A DNA stretch of 64,000 nucleotides from an uncultured delta proteobacterium. GTDB taxonomy: Bacteria; Desulfobacterota; WTBG01; CAIYCZ01; CAIRTM01. The stretch lies in contig CAWDSQ010000007.1 of NCBI GenBank assembly GCA_963804955.1, forward strand, positions 214,546-278,545. Reading direction: 5' to 3'. Shown here in pieces: positions 53,675 to 62,188 of this stretch. Below the pieces are notes generated by a model, which was not told the origin of the DNA, searched no databases, and saw only the letters and a program-made list of their open reading frames with translations. The position numbers were made by a program, and so were the translations under genes. Positions within the stretch are counted from its first letter, which is position 1, and every line of letters begins with the position of its first letter.

Positions 53675-54652
53675 ATGCCACGAGGAGATCAGCTGGCGCG
53701 TCAGTGGAAAATTATTCAGACCATAGTCTCGTCAAAAAAAGGCAAAACGGCAACCGAGCTGGCAACCGAACTCGAAGCAAACCCGCGAACCGTCTACCGC
53801 GACCTTCAGGCATTGCAGACAGCGGGGTTTCCGATATACACGGAAAGAGTGGGCGATAAAAATTGCTGGACACTGCTTGATGCCATTAAAAACCAGATCC
53901 CGGTCCCGTTCGCATTTACCGAGCTCATGGCTCTGTATTTTTCAACCGATATGCTCAAAGCCCTTCACAATACAATTTTTTATGAAAACCTGGACTCACT
54001 GGCTAAAAAAATAAAAACCATCCTGCCTCCCGAGTCGCACAGATTCCTTGAAAACGCGCGCAAGACTTTTTCTGTTCAGAAGAAGCACTATAAGGACTAC
54101 GGCGGCTTCAAAGAGATAATCAACAAGGCTTCAGATGCCGCGCTGAAGCAGAAATGCGTCACACTTGTCTACTGCTCCATGCCGGAGAAAAAAGAGACCC
54201 GGCGCACCGTAGATCCCTACCGCATCTGGTTTTTCAATGAGACCTTTTACCTGATCGGCTACTGCCACCTGCGCAAGGAGCTCCGCTCTTTTGTGCTCGA
54301 CCGGGTCAAATCCCTCACCGTTACTGATGAGGAGTTTGTCATCCCTGAAGATTTTGATTTTGATGCCCTGATGAAGGGCAGCTTCGGCGTTATCACCGGC
54401 CCGACTGAATCCGTGCGGATACAATTTGAGAAAGAAGTGGCCGGCTATATTGAAGAAAAGGTGTGGCACAGCAGCCAGCGCATTAACCGGGCCTCTGACG
54501 GGGCAATTATCTTTGAGGCCGACGTTGCAATAAATGAAGAATTTAAAAACTGGATTTTAAACTGGGGATCAAACGCGATGGTTCTGGCGCCCGCATCGCT
54601 TGTTGCGGAGATTCAGGCAGAGATCGCCAAAATGGCTAACAGGTATAGCTGA
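53675..54652 (+). CDS. WYL-domain transcriptional regulator (wHTH-WYL-WCX; BrxR/CapW/PafBC-like)
   Basis: N-terminal wHTH (…ATELATELEANPRTVYRDLQALQTAGFPI…), WYL core (…RTVDPYRIWFFNETFYLIGYCHLRKELRSFVLDRV…), C-terminal WCX. Confidence 0.8.
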   Translation: MPRGDQLARQWKIIQTIVSSKKGKTATELATELEANPRTVYRDLQALQTAGFPIYTERVGDKNCWTLLDAIKNQIPVPFAFTELMALYFSTDMLKALHNTIFYENLDSLAKKIKTILPPESHRFLENARKTFSVQKKHYKDYGGFKEIINKASDAALKQKCVTLVYCSMPEKKETRRTVDPYRIWFFNETFYLIGYCHLRKELRSFVLDRVKSLTVTDEEFVIPEDFDFDALMKGSFGVITGPTESVRIQFEKEVAGYIEEKVWHSSQRINRASDGAIIFEADVAINEEFKNWILNWGSNAMVLAPASLVAEIQAEIAKMANRYS

Positions 54653-54819
54653 TTTATGGATGGATGCCCCCAGGATATTTCCTGCAGCACAGATAATTCA
54701 ACTAATTCAACAACGCCCTTTATGCTCCCAATATGAAGCTAATAAAGAGGGGGATGCAGGTAACCCCTATTCCAAGTGGCCACGACTAGGGGGTTTTGGG
54801 TGGCCGCCGGGGTTTATTT

Positions 54820-55230
54820 TTAAATAATACTTAAAATCGGCTCAAGACGCGGGTCAATGGCTTTCAAAAGTTTGGAAAATTTATCCAGGGATGGCTTTAC
54901 TTTACCCTGTTCATATCTGCTGTAGGCAGCCGGTGAATTTGAACCAAGATTTTTCGCAACATCACGTACGCTCAAGTGAAGGCTGCTGCGTTGCTGTTTG
55001 AGCGCCAGGGCCATAAGCAGGGTGTCATTGCTGGAGCCCACCATGAAAGTATCTGCCGCCCCCTCTGTAACGGAAACAGTAAAGCCTTTTTCATCAATGA
55101 TTGATTCAATGGCATCCTTTGCCATAAAATAAGCATCTTTTCGGCTCTTTCCCTGAGTATAAATCTTCAGCAAGGGTATTTCTACTGCCCACCATTTACC
55201 TGACCGGACAAGTTTGCCTTCTATTTTCAT
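54820..55230 (-). CDS. hicB: HicB antitoxin (RNase-H-like N-domain + HTH-XRE)
   Basis: 136 aa; overlaps hicA by 4 nt. Confidence 0.85.
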   Translation of the reverse strand: MKIEGKLVRSGKWWAVEIPLLKIYTQGKSRKDAYFMAKDAIESIIDEKGFTVSVTEGAADTFMVGSSNDTLLMALALKQQRSSLHLSVRDVAKNLGSNSPAAYSRYEQGKVKPSLDKFSKLLKAIDPRLEPILSII

Positions 55231-55427
55231 GTGCTCTCCTTTCTCTTGTTACCCGGATTGGCCAGCGCTGTTTTTACGATGGCCTCAGCGGTATATTCAT
55301 TAATCTCTGTGTGCCGGGGCACCGGAATTTTCTGCTCTCCGTTTGTCCATTTCTCATGGCTGCCGCCCTCGCCGTATTTCCACCAGCCAAGTTCTTGCAA
55401 CCGCTTGATGAGAACTTTCTTTTTCAT
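55227..55427 (-). CDS. hicA: HicA mRNA-interferase toxin
   Basis: MKKKVLIKRLQELGWW…GGSHEKWTNG…. Confidence 0.85.
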   Translation of the reverse strand: MKKKVLIKRLQELGWWKYGEGGSHEKWTNGEQKIPVPRHTEINEYTAEAIVKTALANPGNKRKEST

Positions 55428-55597
55428 ATTTTATATTGTATACATATTTATATACATTGCAAGTGTAAATAAACCGCTTCATTTTATTAGTGGCTGTTGT
55501 CCCGGATAAATTCCGTGAAGTGTCTGTCAAACAGGGGTAAGTTCAGCTGTCCACGATTATTGCCTGAAAAACAAAACACCCTTTAATCCAGGATACA

Positions 55598-55826
55598 GTT
55601 TAAGAAAGAAGTGGCCGGCTATATTGAAGAAAAGGTGTGGCACAGCAGCCAGCGCATAACCCGGGCACCTGACGGGTCAATTATCTTTGAGGCCGACGTT
55701 GCAATAAATGAAGAATTTAAAAACTGGATTTTAAACTGGGGATCAAACGCGATGGTTCTTGCGCCCGCATCGCTTGTCTCGGAGATTCAGGCTGAGATCG
55801 CCAGAATGGCTGGAAGGTACAGCTGA
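55598..55826 (+). pseudogene. duplicated 3' fragment (last ~72 codons) of the WYL regulator gene, about 93% identical to 54433-54652
   Basis: MAGYIEEKVWHSSQRITRAPDGSIIFEADVAINEEFKNWILNWGSNAMVLAPASLVSEIQAEIARMAGRYS vs WYL C-terminus. Confidence 0.75.
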
Positions 55827-55877
55827 GGAGATTTGCTAGAAAACGAAACGGACTGAGCGATTTCAATTTGCTACAAT

Positions 55878-55990
55878 ATGAACGCCTCGCAGACCTACTC
55901 AAGCAATTCAACTAATTCAACAACGTTATGCTCCCTAAAAAATTTTCTTGAAAAGGATTAAATAGAACCGTCCCCTTTTACTTAAAGGAA
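55878..55990 (+). repeat. 110-bp direct repeat, copy 2
   Basis: tatgaacgcctcgcagacctactcaagcaattcaactaattcaacaacgtta…ccgtccccttttac. Confidence 0.65.
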
Positions 55991-56060
55991 CTATTGGCGA
56001 CAAATCCTTCGGCTTCCTGAGCGGCATCAAGCATGTGTTGAAGTCTTATTCTGTCATCAG
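55980..56060 (-). pseudogene. truncated HEPN (DUF86/HepT-like) toxin remnant (27 codons: [29 protein letters not shown])
   Basis: ATGA overlap with MNT stop; HepT-like N-terminus then premature stop at the repeat boundary. Confidence 0.45.
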
Positions 56061-56362
56061 GCCTCATACTGCACCTCGGCCGTACTCAGAATCTCTTTGC
56101 GAAAGTACCGGCTTAATTCCTGCGGGGTGCGAAGGTCGGCCTTGTTGCCGAGCAAATCGCTGAGTTCATTTTCCATATGGCAAAGAGAAAAAAAACCCGG
56201 CAGCATTTCATCGTAAAATTCAACCAGCAGATCAATATCGCTGTCCGGCCTCATCGCCCCTTTCAGGGCAGAGCCGAAAAGAGATAACCTTTTAATGCCA
56301 TTGCGCCGGCAGAATTCAATGAGCCGGTCACGCGAAATTCGCTGATCGATTATGTTCGACAT
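56057..56362 (-). CDS. MNT-type nucleotidyltransferase (MntA-like antitoxin of HEPN/MNT module)
   Basis: …[22 protein letters not shown]…. Confidence 0.8.
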   Translation of the reverse strand: MSNIIDQRISRDRLIEFCRRNGIKRLSLFGSALKGAMRPDSDIDLLVEFYDEMLPGFFSLCHMENELSDLLGNKADLRTPQELSRYFRKEILSTAEVQYEA

Positions 56363-56515
56363 ACATGCCTCGCCATTAATTTAGAGGGGTCCGGGTATCC
56401 ACCCCTGGCTAATCAGGGACTCCCTGTTTGCTGTTTATAGACCTCTGCTTTTATTTCACCGCAAAAATTCCGTTGTTGACACAGTGCACAAACTCCCCCT
56501 TTTTGCATGTGTATT

Positions 56516-57469
56516 TTACCCCAACTCCTTATATTCTGTCAGCCTTTTAAATCGCCACTCCAGCCCGTCCATGCGGGGATAATATTTTTTATCCCTCGGC
56601 AGGATGATGGGCTTTTTATCCAGATCGAGCAATTCCTGGTAATCGCGGTTGCGTTTGTCGAGAAGCTTTGAAACATGCCACTTCAAATCCGGGCCGGGGG
56701 AAAGGATGTTTTTGTCCAGCGCCCAGTGAAAGCTGGGGGCAAGGGCAATGCCGTTGCAGGGATCATTGTCGCGTGATTCGGAGAAGGGGATAATATGCGC
56801 GGCTTCAACCATGACCGACCCATCGGGCAGGATCACCCGCCAGCCCGAGGCGGCGCAGCGGTAGTCATATGCTTCGCGCACCACGCGTGAAAACGCCGCA
56901 TCGCGGACTTTGTCGTTGTAGGTGCTGCAACATTCAGCCACTTTTTCAGGTTCCTTCAGGCAGTTTTCATATACTGCTATCTGCTGCTCTTCGGCTACAA
57001 CGGTGCGGATCTGTTCGCGGCTTGCCGGGAACCACCGGTCTATGAGAGTTTGTCGCAAAATATCGCGATCCGGGGCAGAGGAGATCAGGCTGAACAGATC
57101 ATCATCAAGGAATGCATATTCAAAATTTTCCGTTATCTGCGATGGGCCGCGCACGGTTGACAGCGCTGCGACTACAGCCTCGCGGCCGGGAATCGGCTTG
57201 AGATGCCAGAAGGATTCCCCTTTGTATAGATGAAAAAATGGAAAATACGGATTGCAGGCATCGCCTGGCTGCTGCACTGTCTGGAAAAATGATTTAAAAA
57301 TATCAAGAAGGTTTTGGTTATAGAGGATTTTATTTTCTTTGAGAAACCCTGCCTCGGCCAGGGCCAGTACGGCCAGCAGCATGACCGGCTTGTGGGGGCT
57401 GACATGCTCCCCTGAACGGTTTACATGCAGCTTCGAGAAGGCGTGTATGTAGTATTCAAGATCAGGCAT
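56516..57469 (-). CDS. HNH endonuclease (HNH_2-like) with N-terminal helical domain; possible restriction-type nuclease
   Basis: …YRCAASGWRV…VEAAHIIPFSESRDNDPCNGIALAPSFHWALD… HNH motif. Confidence 0.6.
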   Translation of the reverse strand: MPDLEYYIHAFSKLHVNRSGEHVSPHKPVMLLAVLALAEAGFLKENKILYNQNLLDIFKSFFQTVQQPGDACNPYFPFFHLYKGESFWHLKPIPGREAVVAALSTVRGPSQITENFEYAFLDDDLFSLISSAPDRDILRQTLIDRWFPASREQIRTVVAEEQQIAVYENCLKEPEKVAECCSTYNDKVRDAAFSRVVREAYDYRCAASGWRVILPDGSVMVEAAHIIPFSESRDNDPCNGIALAPSFHWALDKNILSPGPDLKWHVSKLLDKRNRDYQELLDLDKKPIILPRDKKYYPRMDGLEWRFKRLTEYKELG

Positions 57470-57589
57470 GGCAGCTCATGTAATAATGAATATTATTGAA
57501 CTGTTCTTGTGAAGCAGGAAGAGTATAAAATAGAATAAAAGGCTAAAGCAACTACTCTTTTGTTATTTTTAAATAAATCAGTAAAATCT

Positions 57590-57765
57590 TTGCGAGCTGT
57601 GAGTTGGGAGTCGTGAGTTGGGAGTTGTGAGTTCGGAGTTCGGAGCGCAGGGGCACGGTGCACGTGCCGTAAAGTTCGGAGTTGGGAGTTGGGAGCGTAG
57701 GGGCACGGTGCGCGTGCCGTAAAGTTGGGAGTCGTGAGTTCGGAGTTCGGAGTAAAAATTCAGCA
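57590..57765 (+). ncRNA. candidate sRNA / tandem repeat: about 20 heptad units GAGTTSG(GAGT) carrying 10 GGA motifs, interrupted by two copies of a 30-nt palindromic unit (cgcaggggcacggtgcacgtgccgtaaagtt)
   Basis: tandem periodicity seen directly; GGA density resembles CsrA-sequestering sRNAs; strand and ends uncertain. Confidence 0.3.
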
Positions 57766-57803
57766 GCCGGGAGTCAGAAAAAACAGCCACCTCTCCCCCA
57801 TCA

Positions 57804-57942
57804 GAGACTGTGTCGCAATTAACTTTGCTGTCATCTCGACCGAAGGGAGAGATCTTTGTAGTAAGTAAAATCAAGGGCTTAAGATTTCTCACCGCCTGCG
57901 GCGGATTCGAAATGACATTAATAAATCAATTGTGACACAGCC
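57804..57942. mobile_element. MITE-like element copy B (139 bp; TIR agactgtgtcgcaat / attgtgacacagcct; TSD (A/C)TCAG)
   Basis: flanks atcag | ctcag. Confidence 0.75.
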
Positions 57943-58011
57943 TCTCAGTGGCGTAGGGGGAGAAAACCGGCAAGTTGGAAATTGCTGCACTACGGAGGCA
58001 GAAGATTGCTC

Positions 58012-58060
58012 ATTATGGCGGGGACGAATCCCGACTGCAATCGGGACGACCTTCGGCCTC
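58012..58060 (-). repeat. degenerate partial copy of tRNA-Asp 3' end (tggcggggacga…gaccttcggc)
   Basis: 12/12 then patchy identity with 58126-58165; plausible integration scar (att remnant). Confidence 0.4.
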
Positions 58061-58083
58061 AGGTTCTGCTCTTACCCTTAACT

Positions 58084-58118
58084 AAAAAAAGCACTTAACC
58101 GATGAGGCTAAGTGCTTG
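58084..58118 (-). terminator. intrinsic terminator of the tRNA-Val/tRNA-Asp transcription unit (aagcacttagcctcatcggttaagtgctt + T7 on minus strand)
   Basis: hairpin + U-run downstream of tRNA-Asp. Confidence 0.6.
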
Positions 58119-58125
58119 AAAAATG

Positions 58126-58202
58126 TGGCGGGGACGACGGGACTCGAACCCGCGACCTTCGGCGTGACAGGCCGACGTACTAACCAACTGTACTACGCCC
58201 CC
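58126..58202 (-). tRNA. tRNA-Asp (anticodon GTC), CCA encoded
   Basis: cloverleaf folded by hand: acceptor GGGGGCG/CGTCCCC(G-T wobble), anticodon loop CTGTCAC, T-loop GGTTCGAGTCC. Confidence 0.9.
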
Positions 58203-58229
58203 GCGTATCATATGCTGTTGTCAAATTTA

Positions 58230-58302
58230 TGGGCGATACTGGGTTCGAACCAGTGACCCTCGGCTTGTAAGGCCGATGCTCTCCCAGTTGAGCTAATCGC
58301 CC
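58230..58302 (-). tRNA. tRNA-Val (anticodon TAC)
   Basis: GGGCGATTAGCTCAACTGGGAGAGCATCGGCCTTACAAGCCGAGGGTCACTGGTTCGAACCCAGTATCGCCCA. Confidence 0.9.
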
Positions 58303-58380
58303 TAAAAGAGATAACTTATCTCAAATAATTTCAAAAGTCAAACAAGAAAACAAAAAAAGCACAGCGCCCTGCCCCGTCTT

Positions 58381-60784
58381 TTACTGCTGCACCGGCGGGA
58401 GGATAACTTTCTGCGGCGCCTTTTCCGCAAAAAACTGCTTTTCATCGACCGCCTGCCCGGCAAAGGCCTCGGCTGAGGCCGGCACCAGGGCAAGGCGGAT
58501 GACCTCATCCATATGATCGACCATGACGATTTTCAGGTCTTTGAGAATCTTCTCCGGGATATCCTTCAGGTCTTTTTCATTTTCCCGGGGAATAAGCACC
58601 GTGGAGATAAGGCCGCGGTTGGCGGCAAAAATTTTCTCTTTCAAGCCGCCGATCGGGAGCACCCGGCCGCGCAGCGTAATCTCGCCGGTCATGGCAATGT
58701 CCTTTTTGACCTCCACGCGGGTCAGGGCCGATATGATGGCGGTTGTGATGGCAATGCCGGCCGACGGCCCGTCCTTGGGTATGGCCCCCTCGGGCACATG
58801 TATATGCAGGTCGATGAGCTGATAAAAATCCTTTTCAAGGCCGAGCAGCTGCGCCCGCGAGCGCACATAGCTCATGGCCGCCTGTGCCGACTCCTTCATC
58901 ACATCTCCCAGCTTGCCCGTGATGATCAGATCGCCCTTGCCGGGCATGACCGCCACCTCTATGAACAGCAGCTCGCCGCCGACTTCGGTCCAGGCAAGGC
59001 CCGTCGAGATGCCCACCTTGTTCTTTTCTTCAGCAGTGCCGTAGCGGAACCGGGGAACGCCCAGATACTTCTCCACCGAGGTCTTATCAACTTTCACCTT
59101 CCGCTCTCCGGCCTCCTGCGCGCCCTGGCGGACAAGATCGGTTGCCACCTTGCGGCATATGGATGCCAGTTCCCGCTCAAGGTTGCGCACGCCCGCCTCC
59201 CGGGTATAGCGCCGGATGATATGCAGAACCGAATTATCGGAAAAGTCAAGCTGCTCGGCCTTCAGGCCGTTGGCCTCAAGCTGCTTGGGAACAAGGTACT
59301 GCTTGGCAATCGCGAGCTTCTCGCTTTCCATATAGCCGGCAATGCGGATGATCTCCATGCGGTCCTGCAGCGCCGGGGGTATGCCCTGCAGCGTATTGGC
59401 CGTTGTTATGAACATGACCCCGGAAAGATCATAGTCCATATCGATATAGTGATCATTGAAGGTGTCGTTCTGCTCGGGGTCCAGCACCTCCAGCAGCGCC
59501 GACGACGGGTCGCCGCGGAAGTCGGTGCTCATCTTATCGACCTCATCCAGCAGAAACACCGGGTTATCAGTGCCTGCTTTCTTGAGCGACTGCAGAATCT
59601 TGCCCGGCAGCGCCCCGATATAGGTGCGGCGATGCCCCCTGATTTCGGCCTCGTCGCGCACGCCCCCGAGGGACAGGCGCACAAACCGCCGGCCGGTCGC
59701 CCGGGCTATGGATTTCCCAAGCGATGTTTTCCCCACGCCCGGCGGCCCCACAAAGCAGAGTATGGGCCCTTTGAGCTTCTGCACCAGGCTTTCTACGGCC
59801 AGGTATTCCAGTATCCGCTCTTTGGGCTCTTTCAGGCCGTAGTGATCGTCGTTTAATATCTTTTCGGCAGGGCCTATGTCCATCTTCACCTCGGACTTTT
59901 CGCCCCAGGGCAGCGACAGAATCCACTCGATATAGTTGCGCACCACATTCAATCTCAGCAGACATGGGCGGCATCATCTTCAGCTTTTTGATCTCCTTTT
60001 CGACCCGGGTGCGGGCCTCCTCGGAAAGCTGCTTTTTGCTCTGCAGCTTCTCTTCCAGCTCATCAATTTCCGCCTGCCGGTCATCGGTATCGCCTATTTC
60101 CTTCTGAATGGCGCGCATCTGCTCGTTCAGGTAATAGTCCTTCTGGGTTTTCTCCATCTGCCGCTTGACGCGGGTCTTGATGCGCTGCTCGGTGCGAATG
60201 AGCTCCATGGCGCTTTCCATGATGGCATATACCCGCTCAAGCCGCTCGCACACATCGGTCAGCTCAAGAATCTGCTGTTTATCGGAAAGGCTTATGTTGA
60301 GCTGCGGCGCGATAAGATCGGCAAGCCGGGAGGGGTCATCAACGGTTGCAGCTGTTGCCACCAGATCAGAGGGTATGCGCTTGGTGAATTTGGCGAAATT
60401 ATCAAGAGACTCGAGAATCATGGCATTGAGCGCCTTGACCTCGTTTGCGTCCCGGCAGGTGTCATCAATTTCTTCGACAAGGGCTGAAAACGATTCATCC
60501 TCCACCAGAAATCTGGTGATGCGGCCGCGTTTTTTGCCCTCAACAAGCACCTTTATGCTGCCGTCGGGCAGCTTGAGCATCTGAAGAATCGTGGCCAGCA
60601 CGCCGACCGTATAGACGGTGTCCTGGCTGGGGCTGTCGATGGAGGCATCTTTCTGCGTCACCAGAAAAATGGTCTTGCCCTGCTCAAGGGCTTTTTCAAC
60701 AGCGGTGATGGAGCGCTCCCGCCCGACAAACAGCGGCGACACCATATGGGGAAAAACAACGATGTCCCGCAGGGGCATCATCAT
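58381..60784 (-). CDS. lon: ATP-dependent protease Lon, split by an indel near 59940-59960 (N-domain ORF 59567..60784, AAA+/protease ORF 58381..59952)
   Basis: …[12 protein letters not shown]| / [14 protein letters not shown]… junction; Walker [14 protein letters not shown]; protease Ser motif PKDGPSAG. Confidence 0.9.
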
Positions 60785-60912
60785 GTAGACAACCGCATGT
60801 TCCTTGTTGTGATTTAAAAATCATGGCCGGACCTTTCAAAAAAAAACTGAGGGCAGGGAGCCCGTCTGCCGGCAGTCCACAGCCCTCAGCATCCATGCTC
60901 CATCGAAAAAAG

Positions 60913-62173
60913 CTACGCTGATTCCTTCTGCTTGCTGTACACCAGCAGAGGCTTTGTCCCCTTGGTCACCACATCCTCACTGATGAGGCATTCCTCGACA
61001 TCGGTGCGAGGAGGGCAGATCATACATCACGTCGAGCATGATTTCCTCCAGAATGGCGCGCAGCCCGCGCGCTCCCGACTTGCGCCGCATGGCAAGGTCG
61101 GCAATGGCCCCGAGCACCTCGCCGGTAAAACGCAGGGTGACGTTTTCAAGCTCGAAGAGCTTTTCATACTGCTTGGTAATGGCATTGCGCGGGCGGGTGA
61201 GAATTTCAATAAGCGCTGCCCGGTCCAGATCGTCAAGCGTTGCCAGCACCGGGAGCCTGCCCACAAATTCCGGTATGAGGCCGTATTTAATGAGATCTTC
61301 GGGCTGCACTTCAGAAAGGACCTCGCCGATAGTGCGCTTTATATTCTTTTTCATCTCGGCGCCGAAGCCGATGGTCTTTTTGCCCGTGCGCTGCTGAATC
61401 ACCGACTCAAGGCCGTTGAAAGCGCCGCCGCAGATAAATAAAATATTGGAGGTGTCAACCTGCAGAAAATCCTGCTGCGGGTGCTTGCGGCCGCCCTTGG
61501 GAGGCACATTGGCAACGGTGCCCTCGATGATTTTCAGCAGCGCCTGCTGCACGCCTTCGCCCGACACATCGCGCGTGATGGACGGCGTGTCGGACTTGCG
61601 GGATATCTTGTCGATTTCATCGATATAGACGATGCCGCGCGAGGCCTTTTCGATATTATAGTCGGCAGCCTGCAGAAGGCTCAGTATGATATTCTCCACG
61701 TCCTCGCCCACATAGCCCGCCTCGGTCAGCGACGTGGCATCGGCTATGGTAAAGGGCACATGCAGCATGCGCGCAAGGGTCTGGGCAAGCAGCGTCTTGC
61801 CCGTGCCCGTGGAGCCGATCAGCAGAATATTGCTCTTCTGCAGCTCGACGTCATCCTTGCCCTTGCGATAGTCGATCCGGCGGTAGTGATTGTACACGGC
61901 AACGGAGAGGATCTTTTTGGCCTTGTCCTGCCCGATGACATACTGGTCCAGAAACTTCTTGATCTCATAGGGCTTGGGCACCGCTGTCTGGCGCGCCGAA
62001 AGCGACTCGCGCTCCTGCTCTTCGGCTATGATGTCATTGCACAGCTCGATGCACTCGTCGCAGATATACACCGACGGCCCTGCGACCAGCTTTTTGACCT
62101 CTTCCTGGCTCTTGCCGCAAAATGAACAGAACAGATGGCTGCCTTTGCCTCCCAGCGTTTTCTTCGTGGCCAT
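60913..62173 (-). CDS. clpX: ClpX ATPase; C-terminal ~35 codons in another frame (indel near 61000)
   Basis: N-terminal zinc finger CSFCGKSQ…CDEC, Walker A GSTGTGKT; true C-terminus …[35 protein letters not shown] recovered in -1 frame. Confidence 0.9.
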
Positions 62174-62188
62174 GATCTACCTCAACCC

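Noticed and set aside
57590-57765. Possible small CRISPR array (two copies of a 30-nt palindromic unit)
   Set aside because: Only two repeat copies. The 'spacers' are themselves heptad repeats, and there are no cas genes or leader. Better explained as a tandem-repeat or sRNA locus.
57578-57892. 104-aa minus-strand ORF spanning the heptad/GGA repeats
   Set aside because: Its amino-acid sequence is a low-complexity artefact of the tandem repeat (LRSQLPTPNFTARAPCPCAPNSELTTPNS…); no start context.
43000-58000. Interpretation of the island as a chromosomal integron cassette array (CALIN)
   Set aside because: TA-rich cargo and gene-plus-repeat units are reminiscent of cassettes, and the core has RYYYAAC-like and GTTRRRY-like strings. 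But the repeats lack the imperfect-palindrome R''/L''–L'/R' architecture of attC sites, and no intI is present. Kept only as a test suggestion.
58513-59856. 447-aa plus-strand ORF
   Set aside because: Antisense shadow of lon.
60932-61441. 169-aa plus-strand ORF near the clpX 3' end
   Set aside because: Antisense to clpX. The apparent clpX C-terminal anomaly is explained by a frameshift that restores the canonical ClpX tail in another frame.
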